Shown here: positions 45,691 through 56,113 of the stretch, in pieces
Layout of the letters: every line of letters begins with the position of its first letter
Position numbering within the stretch: the first letter of the stretch is position 1
Assembly (NCBI GenBank): GCA_021513695.1
Contig: CP084166.1
Location: 224,001 to 288,000 of the forward strand
DNA from: Candidatus Heimdallarchaeum aukensis
GTDB lineage: Archaea; Asgardarchaeota; Heimdallarchaeia; Heimdallarchaeales; Heimdallarchaeaceae
Reading direction: 5' to 3'
DNA: 64,000 bases
Program-made: the position numbers and the translations under genes
The notes under the pieces: generated by a model
What the model was told of the DNA's origin: nothing
Database searches by the model: none
The model's input: only the letters and a program-made list of their open reading frames with translations

Positions 45691-46423
45691 TTTTTTCACT
45701 TTTATTTGGGAAACCGTGGTGGCAATTTTTACAGGAACAGCATCACTTAGTTTCTTTGTAATTTTAGTAATCTTGTTCCTACGCTTTCTAGTTGATGCTT
45801 TTATTCCAAGTAAGCTACAGATGTTATTGAATATCCTTTTTTTCCCAGGATCATTTATGCATCAAGTTATACAGACAATTGCAGTAAGAGCTTGTGGATA
45901 TGATGTTAAAGTAAATTTTCATATGGCTTTTGATCGAGATTATGCAAGTCAAAGCATAAAAGGAGATTTAACTCATGTTTCTCATGCAGCTTTTATTGGC
46001 TTAAGTCCTTTTTTGAATATAGGATTGGTTGTAGCAATATTGAAATTTAGTGATGATATATCAGGAATTTTCTTGAAATTTGGTATGCCTTTTATGGGAA
46101 CTTTCTTGAAAATTTATTTGTTATTGTGTTTTGCATTTTTTTCAATTCCTGATGTACAAGATCTAATGTTACCTTTTTACACTTTGACGGTAGCTTATTC
46201 AGAATTTATTGCCCTTTTAATGGTCAGTTTACTTTTCTTTGTCTTTGCTGTTGGAGTTTGGGGATGGCTTATTCCTTCAATTAACTTTCTACTCTTTGTA
46301 GTCTTTGTTTTATATTTGGTTAAAAAAAGACAAGATTCTAACTACAAAGCTGGTAATCTACAACCTATTAAACGAAAACAAAGTCAAAATGAGGGAGATG
46401 AAATATTGCTTTTGGAGGTTTAA
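45683..46423 (+). CDS. Membrane protein (about 6 TM), hypothetical
   Basis: 246 aa. Its start overlaps the stop of the preceding gene by 8 nt, and its stop is 2 nt from the next start. Confidence 0.45.
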   Translation: MSNFFTFIWETVVAIFTGTASLSFFVILVILFLRFLVDAFIPSKLQMLLNILFFPGSFMHQVIQTIAVRACGYDVKVNFHMAFDRDYASQSIKGDLTHVSHAAFIGLSPFLNIGLVVAILKFSDDISGIFLKFGMPFMGTFLKIYLLLCFAFFSIPDVQDLMLPFYTLTVAYSEFIALLMVSLLFFVFAVGVWGWLIPSINFLLFVVFVLYLVKKRQDSNYKAGNLQPIKRKQSQNEGDEILLLEV

Positions 46424-46425
46424 AA

Positions 46426-49400
46426 ATGAAAAAGAAGTTGAAATTCATGTTAATTATGTTTTTAGTTTTGCCATTATCATTAAATCATGTCTTAGCAGAA
46501 AATGTTATTGAACTATTAAATCTTCAATCAAGATATCCTATTAATTATAAAAGTAAAGATTCAGATGTTATTTCTATAAAATCAACAATTGGAAAAGACA
46601 ATGAATTATCTATCAGAAAAAAAGAGAATAGTGTAATAAGTTCGTTAAATAATGAGTTTGTTAGTCCTTATTCTCCTAAATTGAGTTATGGATTGTACAA
46701 AACTTTTACACAGATTTCATCTGTTCCTGAATCAATAAATAAAGGAGAAAATATTAGTGTAACTTCTTCAACAAAATTTGATTTAGGAACTTTATATCCT
46801 GTAGATCAAGGAACAATTTATTGGTATGATTTGAATTGTCTAGAAGAAGATCTGGGAGTAAGTACGAGTTTTGTAGAATCAAGTAAAATAGCTATCAGTT
46901 TTAATTTAACTTCTCCCTCTAACTATATGGGTGTTTATTTTGACATCTCAAATTTAGCAGATTTAACAGGAGATGTGTTAAACGTTTATCTTACTTCAGA
47001 TCTAGAAAACTATTCTACTGATTACCTGGCGAAAAGTGAACTGTCTTTTAAGTATTACAATTCTCAAGCTGGTGTATCTGGATTTTATGCTATTTATGAT
47101 AGTCCAACAACAACTCAAGTTGATAATTCCTTATTAGCAGGTGAAACATATTTTGTGGTTTTGGAAGGAGACAGTTCTTTGAGAATCGAAACATCACTTG
47201 ATTCAGAAGAATATGATGACAATAAAGTATATGTTTTTTCAGGGGGTTCTTGGGGTTTAGAACAAGGAATAGATGCAAAAATAAGAATATTCTCTGGTCA
47301 AAAAATTACTGAAAAAACTATTTCTTCTTCTAGCAATGGAGAAACTACAATAACTTATCAGTCATCTCAATCCTCTTTTAAATATCATACTTTAGTCGCT
47401 TTCTACTATGATACTTCTGGAATGTATGATCTTTCAAGTGATTCTTCAGATTTCAAAGTAATTGACAGCACAATTCCAGAGTATATTTCATTAAATAGTC
47501 CTTCTATAGCTGAATATACAGATTACATTGAGTTGAAAGCTTATGTTGAAAACTACTATCACCAAGAACTAGAAAATCAAACTGTATATTTCTATTACTC
47601 TGAAGATAACTCTTCATGGATAGAAATTGGTTCTTCCATTTCAGATAGTACAGGAGTGGCAAAGATAAATTTCTTAATCTCAAAAGCTTCTGGATACTAC
47701 TACTTTAAAGCAGTAACACAAAATTTAGAAACTTTTAACTATACTGAAACTACCAAAGAACAAGTAATTATTGAAACTCCTCTAGTTCAAACAATTTATG
47801 GAAATCTGAGTGGATCTGATACTTTAGAGACTTTTAGTTTGAAAGTACAAGTACATGATAATGATAATACTCCAATCTCTGGAGTAATGGTTTTCTTTTA
47901 TGTAGAAGGAAAAACTTTTGTTTACGACATTACTGATGAAAACGGTTACGCAAAAACGCATAGCTATTCAGTTAATTGGGCTGTTGGATACTATAACAAC
48001 AAATATTGGGTAAATATCGACTTAGATACTAATTTGTATTCATTTCCTGATACTCAATATGGTGACATTGAAGTACAAAAATCAAATTTACAAATATACA
48101 GTTTAGATAATAATACAATCAATGTCTGGATAAACGACTCCTATTTCTCTTTTGAAGTTAAAGACCCAGAAAATGATTCTGTAGCAAATATAGAATTTGA
48201 ATCAATTTTATATGATCCTTATTTTGATGAATATGTATCTTTAGGTTACGCATTTACAAATGATACAGGATATGGTAAAATTACCCTCCCAGCTTACTTT
48301 AAAGAACCAGGAAAGTATACTTTAATAATTCGCATTTCTGACCCTAACTACAATGTTATTGAAGAAAATCTGCAACTAGAATTATATGCTTCATCAAGTA
48401 TAATAGAGTGTAATTTACCTTCTTCAATCGAATATACATACAATTCTTCTTTACTAATTGAAGGGAATGTGACTGATATAAATGGTAAACCTCTAGCTAA
48501 CGCAAACATAACTGTAAAAATTACTGACCCAAGTATATCTAGTAATTGGGTATTATACATTTATACTACAGAGACAAATTCGCAAGGATACTTTTCTATG
48601 AATTTAACTCTAGATGTTGAAGTTGATCAGGAACTGGTTATAACTATTCATGTAGAAAATTATTATGGCTCTAATGGTGAGATTTCTTATTATGCTACAT
48701 CTTCACAAGAATACAATCTTCTATGTGTTAGGCGAGATGCTGAAATTTTAAATGTTCAAGACTTTATAACCCAGAATCAAGAAACAATAATAATATCTGG
48801 TTTGCTAATTGATTCTGGAGAACCTTTAAGTGGAAAAGAGATAAGAATAATTATTCAAGAAGAGAACTACTATATTATTACAGATACAGAAGGATGTTTT
48901 TACCTTAGTTACCAAGTAAATTTTGGTACAAATGTTAACTTTACAGTTGTTTTTGGGAGTGATAATCATTATAATGTTGTCAATTTAACAAGAACAATAT
49001 TTTCTTCTCCAATAAGTTTAAACATCGAAATTGAAGATGTTATTTGCAATCCAAACACTTTAATCTATTTATCAAGCTATGTCTATTCTGATTTAGGAAC
49101 AACACCTGAAAATGTGCAAGTAGAATTTTATTGGTATGATGAACAATGGATACTTTTAGGAATAGTTTTTACAAATGAATCAGGTATAGCTCAACTGAAT
49201 ATTACAAGTCCTGATAAGGTCGGAGAATTTAGCTGGAAAGCAATAGTTGTTCAAACTGAAGATTGGTTAGAATCATCTTCTAATTTGAAATTATTCCAAA
49301 TAGGTTATCACACCTCAATAAGTATGGAAGCACCAATACAAGGACAATATGGAAATGAAATTAGAATTAATTTCACAGTTACAGATCAATTTGGACAACC

Positions 49401-52400
49401 AATAGGTGTTAACATAAACTTCTATATTGATGGACTGTTGTTAAGTGAAATATCTACAGATTCAAATGGTTTTGGAAGCTATTATTGGACAATTGATTTA
49501 AGTTCTGGTAATTATTCCTTTAAAGCTGTGGTTTTAAATCAATCTATCTATATTTCTTCTTCTTGTATCCAGGAATTTGAAATAATAAAGGCTGACGTAT
49601 ATATTCAAAGTTCAGATTTGATTATGACCTGCAATGAAACAAAAACAATGGAATTTTATGTTTATTCTATTAATGGAGAGATAACAAATCTATCGTTAAA
49701 CATATCATTGTCTAACGGTTATTCAACAGTTTTAACCAGCAATAGCTCAGGTTATGCTGTTTGGAGTATTCCTATTCTCCCATCTGGTGTATACACAGTA
49801 AACGTTACCTTTAATGGAGATGATAAATATAATACGATATCTGTTAGCTATTCACTTGTTGTTAATAAGATTGAGACAAATGTTATTCTTTTTGCAGAAG
49901 ATAGTTTTTATTCTGAAAACTATAAGATCTGTGGATATGTTGAAAATTCAGAAGGACAAGGAATTGAGGGTATTGCTGTAAATCTATTAATTAATGAAAC
50001 ATTTACTCTTTCAACAACTACATTATCTGATGGAAGTTATTTATTCCTCGTTCTTCTACTTCCTGATTATTATAATATCGAGGTACAAATAGAAGGGAAT
50101 GATTATATTAATCCAAGTTCAAGAAGCACAAGTGTTTATATCTATAAACTTTCGTCTTCTTTGAACGGAAAAATTGAGTTTATAAATGACACAATGATAA
50201 TAACGGCTAATCTAACTAGTTCATCAGAACCTGTAGAAGGACAAATAATCTATTTCTATGTGAATAATTCACTAGTAGGGACTAATCTTACTGATGTATA
50301 TGGTCAAGCAAGAGTTGAATTGTTAAATATTACTCCTAGCTTATATTCTGTAAACATTGAGTATAAAGGTAATGAAATATATCAAGAATCTTCAACAAAT
50401 ATTCAAGCAGAGAAAGATAAAGAACAGACAGAAATCAAAGTTAGTGTTGAAGAAGGTGTTTATTCTCAATCTCCAACCAATATTTTTATTTCATTAAGTT
50501 CTAATGGAGAAGCTTTATCTAACCAATATATTAAGCTGAATTTTGATAACGATAGTTATTTAGCTTTAACCAATTCTTCAGGTGTAGCAGTTATTGCTTT
50601 AGATATAAACTACCTGCCTGGAAATTATAACGGAGAGATAGTCTATGAAGGAAGTGAAATATACTCATCAAATGCTGTTTCAGTGAATATAACTATTTAC
50701 AAGTCAAACTGTGTTTTCAGTTCTCTTGAAATTCAATACTTAGAAACTCTGACAATCCTAAATGGAAAAATAGAAGGTAAATATCCATTAGAAAATGAAA
50801 GCATATTCATTGAAATAAATGGGAGTAGTTACAATGTTCTTCAAACTGATGAAAATGGAGTTTTTTCTTCAGTTTTAATTTTAAATCCTGGTGAATATAC
50901 ATTAACTGCTATATTCTTAGGAAATGATTGCTATTTACCTGTAAATCAGTCAATTTACTTTTCTATCTCTAAAATAGCTTCAGGGTTGGAAATATATGAC
51001 TTTTCTAAAACTCTGGAATATGGAAAAGAAGAACTTGTAGAGTTCAAACTTTATTCATACAACAATGAATCAGGAATTGAAGGACAAATCTCTGTTATGA
51101 TTAATGGTTCATTAATAACTATTGTAGAAACAAGTAGCGATGGATTAGGTTCATTTCTACTTCCTAATGATTTATCAGTAGGGACTTATATTCTCCAGAT
51201 TTCTTTTGCTGGAGATGATCTATATTACTCTACTTCAGAATCAATAACAATCAAAGTGAAATATAAACTTGAAATTTCAATTACTGAATCAGACTTGAAG
51301 AACTATGGAATAGAAGCTTCTATCAGCGGTATTCTAAATATTCCTCTAGAAGGAATAAGTCTAACGCTAAATATTACTAACCTAAATTATTCAAATGTCG
51401 TAAAAACCAACAGCGATGGAGAATTCATTTTTGTTATTCCAAGCAATATTCCATCAGGAAATATGACAATTGTATTGTTTATTGAAAAAACTGAAACTAT
51501 TTTAGATACAAACTATTCGTTTGAGACAACAAGGGGTTATGGAGAATATTCTGTTTTATTTACTAACCTTGAATTTGATATAAATAGCACAGAGAGTATC
51601 ACTGGTAAAATATCTTATAATGGTGATTACAGTTCTTCAGGAAAGATATATATCAAAATAAACGATACTATTGTTCTTACACAGGAATTCAACGAACTAG
51701 GTGAATTTAACATAGCTCATTCAATATTTGATCTACTTCCTGGAGATTACAACATTAAATTCTATTTTGAGTTTGATAACGAGAATTTTAGAAGCCAAGA
51801 ATTGACAATTAAAATAGAAATATTAAAACTTGAATTAAATCTGGAAGTCACTACTAGCAGTTCTGAAATTCAAGTCTATGATGTTTTATCATTAAATATA
51901 AGCGCAAATTATCCATTAGATAAGGATAGAATAAAACTATTAGTTAACAATACTGAATATTCGAATAATGAGTTTGAAATTATAGAATATGAGAATTATC
52001 TTACCGCAAACATAGTAATTGAATTAGCAGGTAATATAAACATAACTGTGATATTTGAAGAAAATGACTTCTTTTATAGAAGCGAAAAAAGTTTAATTAT
52101 TCAAGTTCTTAAAAGAGATGTTGGCTTTGAATATAATCGAGATACATTTTATTACAATTCCAGCATTCCATTGATAATAGAACTTATTTCATTTAAGAAT
52201 GAGACAGATATTGAATTTACAGTTCTTCTGGGAGAAAGAGCCGAAACAGGAGTAAAGACAATAAGTTTCATACTCACTAATATTTTCATTGGAGACTATC
52301 AAGTGTATATGTTGTTTGAAGGAAATTCTTATTACAACTCTTTTAACTCTTCATTTGTTATCCATATTATTCCTCAACCAACAAAGATAGTTTTCAAAGA

Positions 52401-52791
52401 AAATAAATCAGATTATCTTCTAACATTACTTTTACTAGATTCAGAGAATAGAAGTATTTCTAATGCAGAAACAACGATATTCTTCTTAGATACTACTCAT
52501 CTGGTTTTAGAAAATCGTACTCTCTTCACTGATGCAAATGGTTATTTGTATTTAGATGTCAGTACATTTCCTGAAAAAACAACAATGATAAGGATTGTTT
52601 TTGATGGAGATGTGGTATATGAGGATACGATGATCGATATAGAAGTTGAAGATATTGTCAAAACTTATACCCAGAATGTAAAAATCCCGAAAATGAATAT
52701 GATACATATGCTAATCTCTATTCCTGTAAGCATTATAGGATTAATAGTATATTCAAAAAAAGACATTTTCAAGAATCTTAAAAAACATTAG
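46426..52791 (+). CDS. Giant (2121 aa) secreted/surface protein with about 20 tandem Ig-like/CarbopepD-reg-like beta-sandwich repeats and C-terminal TM anchor
   Basis: Signal peptide 'MKKKLKFMLIMFLVLPLSLNHVLA'. Recurring ~90-aa units ending in motifs such as 'D.NG.....W.....G.Y.F.A.F'. Very many N-x-S/T sequons. C-terminal TM 'MIHMLISIPVSIIGLIVY' plus 'SKKDIFKNLKKH'. Confidence 0.8.
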   Translation: MKKKLKFMLIMFLVLPLSLNHVLAENVIELLNLQSRYPINYKSKDSDVISIKSTIGKDNELSIRKKENSVISSLNNEFVSPYSPKLSYGLYKTFTQISSVPESINKGENISVTSSTKFDLGTLYPVDQGTIYWYDLNCLEEDLGVSTSFVESSKIAISFNLTSPSNYMGVYFDISNLADLTGDVLNVYLTSDLENYSTDYLAKSELSFKYYNSQAGVSGFYAIYDSPTTTQVDNSLLAGETYFVVLEGDSSLRIETSLDSEEYDDNKVYVFSGGSWGLEQGIDAKIRIFSGQKITEKTISSSSNGETTITYQSSQSSFKYHTLVAFYYDTSGMYDLSSDSSDFKVIDSTIPEYISLNSPSIAEYTDYIELKAYVENYYHQELENQTVYFYYSEDNSSWIEIGSSISDSTGVAKINFLISKASGYYYFKAVTQNLETFNYTETTKEQVIIETPLVQTIYGNLSGSDTLETFSLKVQVHDNDNTPISGVMVFFYVEGKTFVYDITDENGYAKTHSYSVNWAVGYYNNKYWVNIDLDTNLYSFPDTQYGDIEVQKSNLQIYSLDNNTINVWINDSYFSFEVKDPENDSVANIEFESILYDPYFDEYVSLGYAFTNDTGYGKITLPAYFKEPGKYTLIIRISDPNYNVIEENLQLELYASSSIIECNLPSSIEYTYNSSLLIEGNVTDINGKPLANANITVKITDPSISSNWVLYIYTTETNSQGYFSMNLTLDVEVDQELVITIHVENYYGSNGEISYYATSSQEYNLLCVRRDAEILNVQDFITQNQETIIISGLLIDSGEPLSGKEIRIIIQEENYYIITDTEGCFYLSYQVNFGTNVNFTVVFGSDNHYNVVNLTRTIFSSPISLNIEIEDVICNPNTLIYLSSYVYSDLGTTPENVQVEFYWYDEQWILLGIVFTNESGIAQLNITSPDKVGEFSWKAIVVQTEDWLESSSNLKLFQIGYHTSISMEAPIQGQYGNEIRINFTVTDQFGQPIGVNINFYIDGLLLSEISTDSNGFGSYYWTIDLSSGNYSFKAVVLNQSIYISSSCIQEFEIIKADVYIQSSDLIMTCNETKTMEFYVYSINGEITNLSLNISLSNGYSTVLTSNSSGYAVWSIPILPSGVYTVNVTFNGDDKYNTISVSYSLVVNKIETNVILFAEDSFYSENYKICGYVENSEGQGIEGIAVNLLINETFTLSTTTLSDGSYLFLVLLLPDYYNIEVQIEGNDYINPSSRSTSVYIYKLSSSLNGKIEFINDTMIITANLTSSSEPVEGQIIYFYVNNSLVGTNLTDVYGQARVELLNITPSLYSVNIEYKGNEIYQESSTNIQAEKDKEQTEIKVSVEEGVYSQSPTNIFISLSSNGEALSNQYIKLNFDNDSYLALTNSSGVAVIALDINYLPGNYNGEIVYEGSEIYSSNAVSVNITIYKSNCVFSSLEIQYLETLTILNGKIEGKYPLENESIFIEINGSSYNVLQTDENGVFSSVLILNPGEYTLTAIFLGNDCYLPVNQSIYFSISKIASGLEIYDFSKTLEYGKEELVEFKLYSYNNESGIEGQISVMINGSLITIVETSSDGLGSFLLPNDLSVGTYILQISFAGDDLYYSTSESITIKVKYKLEISITESDLKNYGIEASISGILNIPLEGISLTLNITNLNYSNVVKTNSDGEFIFVIPSNIPSGNMTIVLFIEKTETILDTNYSFETTRGYGEYSVLFTNLEFDINSTESITGKISYNGDYSSSGKIYIKINDTIVLTQEFNELGEFNIAHSIFDLLPGDYNIKFYFEFDNENFRSQELTIKIEILKLELNLEVTTSSSEIQVYDVLSLNISANYPLDKDRIKLLVNNTEYSNNEFEIIEYENYLTANIVIELAGNINITVIFEENDFFYRSEKSLIIQVLKRDVGFEYNRDTFYYNSSIPLIIELISFKNETDIEFTVLLGERAETGVKTISFILTNIFIGDYQVYMLFEGNSYYNSFNSSFVIHIIPQPTKIVFKENKSDYLLTLLLLDSENRSISNAETTIFFLDTTHLVLENRTLFTDANGYLYLDVSTFPEKTTMIRIVFDGDVVYEDTMIDIEVEDIVKTYTQNVKIPKMNMIHMLISIPVSIIGLIVYSKKDIFKNLKKH

Positions 52792-52848
52792 ACCATTTTT
52801 TCTTTCTTTATAAATAAATTACAAAATAATCCTAGTAAGGTTGAATCT

Positions 52849-54264
52849 ATGAACAACAAAGAGAAAAATCAAAAACTATCCTTTTTAAAAAATCAATATA
52901 GTAGACTACTCGATAAATTATCAAAGTCAATTGTAGTAAAAATCAGAGAACAAGGAAAACTCCCTTTCTTTTTAGTAGTTTTAATTTGGATAGTTTTCTG
53001 GGGAAGCTCCTTTTACTTTATTACAGTCTTTATGCCTGTTAATTTGTTGTGGTTAAGAGTATTCTTACCTGTATTTATTTCTCTTATTGTTGTTAATGCT
53101 TCAACAGAATTAGGAAAAAAGGTAGTGGGTTATCATAATGAAAAAGAAGAGAAAGTTGAGAAAGAAAGTTCTTCTTCTCTCTTAAGTGAAGAAAAGGACA
53201 TTTCTACAAAAGAAGGTTATTCTTTGAAATCAACTTTCATTCTTCGTGATAAGAAAGGGAAAAAAATTTTTCTTATTAATAAAGGCAAAATTATTCCTGT
53301 TTTTTTGGTTAGCATATTGAGTACAGGAAACAAAGAAAAAGGATACACATTTTCTTCTTTGTTGAATTATCCTTTAAGAAATGAAATGAAAGAAATAGAA
53401 TTTTCAGTTTTAGACACAGATAAAGGAGAATATTTGCTTTTTCTAGGAAAAGAATACAAAACTAAAAACAAAAATTATACAGAATTATTAAAGGAAAATG
53501 AACAGTTTTTCTCAAAAATAGAGATTATAGTTGCTGAATTAAAGAGAGACAATAATTTAGAATTAGAAGCTGTTGAAGATTCAATACTTAATGAGCTTTT
53601 TCCTCTTTATTCTGAAGTATTATGTTGTAAAAATGAAGACACTAACAAAAAGGAACAAAAAATAGAAGAAAAAAATCATCTACAGTTAAAGAGTGAAAAT
53701 AATAATCTAAATAATGCAAATAATGGAAAAGAATATAATCAAAATGGTGAGAGCAGTAATAGATTCAGACCTTTTTCAGTTAAAACTGAACTTACACCAT
53801 ACCAATTAACGAAGGTTGCAGAAAAAAAAGAACTACTATTATCTGAACTCACTTATTCTTTTGATAATTTCATTGATATGTCTAAAGTATTTTATAAAAA
53901 AGCTCTTGAACATCAATTGAACGCAAAGTTTCCTATCTCCGAGGATAATTTTCTTAAACTTATACAACTCTTTGTAGAAAAGAATAAGTATGAATTCTTT
54001 TATCCAAGTTTCTTTAAACTAGAGAAGTATGAATCTTTCAAAGTCTTTGAAACTCCTAGTTCAGAAGAGATAGAAGAGTTTTCTGAAGAACTAGTAAAAG
54101 AATGTATGTTTACTAATTTAGATACTGAAGTAAAGAAAGAGTTGCATTCCTTCCTTACTCAAAAAATCAAAAATAGGAAGCATAGGCAAGAAGTAAAACC
54201 TGTAGGAATTAAAGTATCTTCTACAATTCCTAGGCCATCAGTAAAATCTTTATCAGAATCTTGA
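52849..54264 (+). CDS. Membrane-anchored hypothetical protein (2 N-terminal TM helices plus ~380-aa Lys/Glu-rich cytoplasmic region)
   Basis: 471 aa, ORF track. TM segments 'LPFFLVVLIWIVFWGSSFYFITVF' and 'LRVFLPVFISLIVVNA'. Confidence 0.5.
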   Translation: MNNKEKNQKLSFLKNQYSRLLDKLSKSIVVKIREQGKLPFFLVVLIWIVFWGSSFYFITVFMPVNLLWLRVFLPVFISLIVVNASTELGKKVVGYHNEKEEKVEKESSSSLLSEEKDISTKEGYSLKSTFILRDKKGKKIFLINKGKIIPVFLVSILSTGNKEKGYTFSSLLNYPLRNEMKEIEFSVLDTDKGEYLLFLGKEYKTKNKNYTELLKENEQFFSKIEIIVAELKRDNNLELEAVEDSILNELFPLYSEVLCCKNEDTNKKEQKIEEKNHLQLKSENNNLNNANNGKEYNQNGESSNRFRPFSVKTELTPYQLTKVAEKKELLLSELTYSFDNFIDMSKVFYKKALEHQLNAKFPISEDNFLKLIQLFVEKNKYEFFYPSFFKLEKYESFKVFETPSSEEIEEFSEELVKECMFTNLDTEVKKELHSFLTQKIKNRKHRQEVKPVGIKVSSTIPRPSVKSLSES

Positions 54265-54273
54265 GGAGATTGA

Positions 54274-54909
54274 ATGATTGAAATAGTTTTTTTGAATTTC
54301 TTGAATCTCTTTGTTAAAATATGGCTATCAGCTCTTTTAATTAATATTCTACTTTCCACTCTCTTAAAACCAATTTATAAACATCTGTTGGCAATAGGCT
54401 TGGTTTTCAATTTACCAATTAAGCGACTATTTTATTGGATCTATAGAGTACCCATTGAGAATATAGATTGGGAAAACGGTCTAATTAGAACAAAGAAAGT
54501 GAATAATATGGATTGTCTAGCAACTACAGTTGTGATCATGCCTGTATTTATTTTAAGCTACTTATCTAGTTGGTTATTCTATTTTGCAGGTAAAATCTAT
54601 CCCTATGGTTACAAGTTCTTTGGAATTGTTCTTTATATTGTCGCTTCGTTAAGTCTAGCTTTCAGTATTCCTAACTTTGAGGAATTGAAATTGTTTAATA
54701 ACATTAATCTTCATTCCTCTTTGGTCTATTTACTAAAATGGGTATTTGTAGTTATAGTTGTCTTTTCAATAGTTGAGTTTACTTCTATCTCTCTTGATGT
54801 ATTAACTACAGTGATATTAGTTCTTTTAGCTACTCCATTTTATAGTTATAAAGAAGATGAAGAAAATGTAGAGAATATTAAGAAAATTATTGGTGATCCA
54901 TTTGCATAA
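54274..54909 (+). CDS. Membrane protein (5-6 TM), hypothetical
   Basis: 211 aa. Its 3' end overlaps the start of the downstream ATPase gene by 20 nt, which suggests translational coupling. Confidence 0.5.
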   Translation: MIEIVFLNFLNLFVKIWLSALLINILLSTLLKPIYKHLLAIGLVFNLPIKRLFYWIYRVPIENIDWENGLIRTKKVNNMDCLATTVVIMPVFILSYLSSWLFYFAGKIYPYGYKFFGIVLYIVASLSLAFSIPNFEELKLFNNINLHSSLVYLLKWVFVVIVVFSIVEFTSISLDVLTTVILVLLATPFYSYKEDEENVENIKKIIGDPFA

Positions 54910-55525
54910 ATGGACTCTTTCCAAAAATGAGCGAATGATACATCTTTATGGTCCCCCAGCAAGTGGTAAGACTACTTTAGCAATTCAATTATCTAGAAAA
55001 GTCTTTCCTCGCTCAACAATTTATTTCATTACTTCGCATAGAAACGCAATTACAAAAAGAGCAAAACAGATACTAAACAAGAATTATCTTAAAGAATTTT
55101 ATTTAATTAAAGTTTCTAGTTTAGATGATTTATTTGAAAAAATTCAATCTATTAATAGCTTAGGAAAAACAATAGGATTGATTGTAATAGATTATATCTC
55201 TGATTTTGTTAGAGGGAAGCTATACAAGGAAGAAGTAAAAAACAAGGTAAGGAAGATATTAGAAAAACTTTTTATTTTCTCCTCACAAAAAGATTGTTTA
55301 GTTGTGATAGTCAATAGTTTTTCAATAAAAAATGAAGCTCCTTTGAATTCTTTAGTTGAAAGTTTTTGTGACATGTCAGTTTATTTGTCGATTAAAGATG
55401 ACAAATACAATTTGGAATCAAATGGTAAAAATATAAAAAGAACTTTTGTAGTCGATGAAAAAATTATTTCCAGCTTCGTTATTGATGAAAAAGGAATTAA
55501 AGATTTAATTATTGTGTCTGAATAA
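54890..55525 (+). CDS. RadB/KaiC-like RecA-superfamily P-loop ATPase
   Basis: 211 aa. Walker A 'LYGPPASGKTTLAIQL' (archaeal RadB has YGPxxSGKTTLALQ). Walker B 'GLIVIDYISDF'. C-terminal 'EKGIKDL' resembles the RadB C terminus. The true start may be the internal Met (MIHLYG). Confidence 0.65.
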   Translation: MVIHLHKWTLSKNERMIHLYGPPASGKTTLAIQLSRKVFPRSTIYFITSHRNAITKRAKQILNKNYLKEFYLIKVSSLDDLFEKIQSINSLGKTIGLIVIDYISDFVRGKLYKEEVKNKVRKILEKLFIFSSQKDCLVVIVNSFSIKNEAPLNSLVESFCDMSVYLSIKDDKYNLESNGKNIKRTFVVDEKIISSFVIDEKGIKDLIIVSE

Positions 55526-55585
55526 ATTTTTTTCCTTTAAATAGTATTCTTTAGATTAACTAATAAAAAAGGAAGTCAATGGTTA

Positions 55586-56056
55586 ATGTATTCAGAGCAA
55601 GAAGTGATAAGAAAAATAACAGAAACTTGGAAATTTGAAAATAAAGTATGCGTGAAAGAACTACAAATTCCTTTAGTAGGCAAAAATATCAATTATCCTT
55701 TTTTAGAAAATAGAAAAAGCATTCGTATAGATCTTGCTTGCTATGATATTGTATCTGATAAAATTATTTTTGTTGAAGCAGAAAATGGTCTGTGGCTTCC
55801 TCATCCCCAAATTTATAGACCTTTTTGTGATATGTTATATGTTGCTACTCCCTATGATGATAGTTACTATAGAGAAAAGCAACTTGAGTGGGCAAAAAAT
55901 GAAGGAATAGGAGTAATTGAAGTTCTTTATGATGGTTACATTATAGAAACATTAAAACCTGTAGTTTTTCCTGATTCGATGGATATCTCTTTAAGAGAAG
56001 AAGTTCTAGCACATTTTGTTAAGAAACTCAAAAAAAACGAAAAAATAGCTGATTGA
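55586..56056 (+). CDS. Small hypothetical protein, possible restriction-endonuclease-like (PD-(D/E)xK-like) fold
   Basis: 156 aa. 'RIDLACYDIVSDKIIFVEAENG' loosely follows a D...(D/E)xK/Hjc-like core (compare Hjc 'VDLVA...LCIEVK') but lacks the Lys. Low-confidence functional call. Confidence 0.35.
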   Translation: MYSEQEVIRKITETWKFENKVCVKELQIPLVGKNINYPFLENRKSIRIDLACYDIVSDKIIFVEAENGLWLPHPQIYRPFCDMLYVATPYDDSYYREKQLEWAKNEGIGVIEVLYDGYIIETLKPVVFPDSMDISLREEVLAHFVKKLKKNEKIAD

Positions 56057-56113
56057 TTTTTTATTACTAATTTTTTCTCTCTTTTAAAAACAATTTTATT
56101 TATAATTTAGCTG

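Noticed and set aside
54890-55525. Calling the 211-aa ATPase a KaiC circadian-clock protein or a secretion ATPase
   Set aside because: Its single short RecA-like domain with YGPPASGKTTLAIQ and its ~210-aa size match RadB-like proteins. It does not match double-domain KaiC or the larger FlaI/VirB11-type ATPases.
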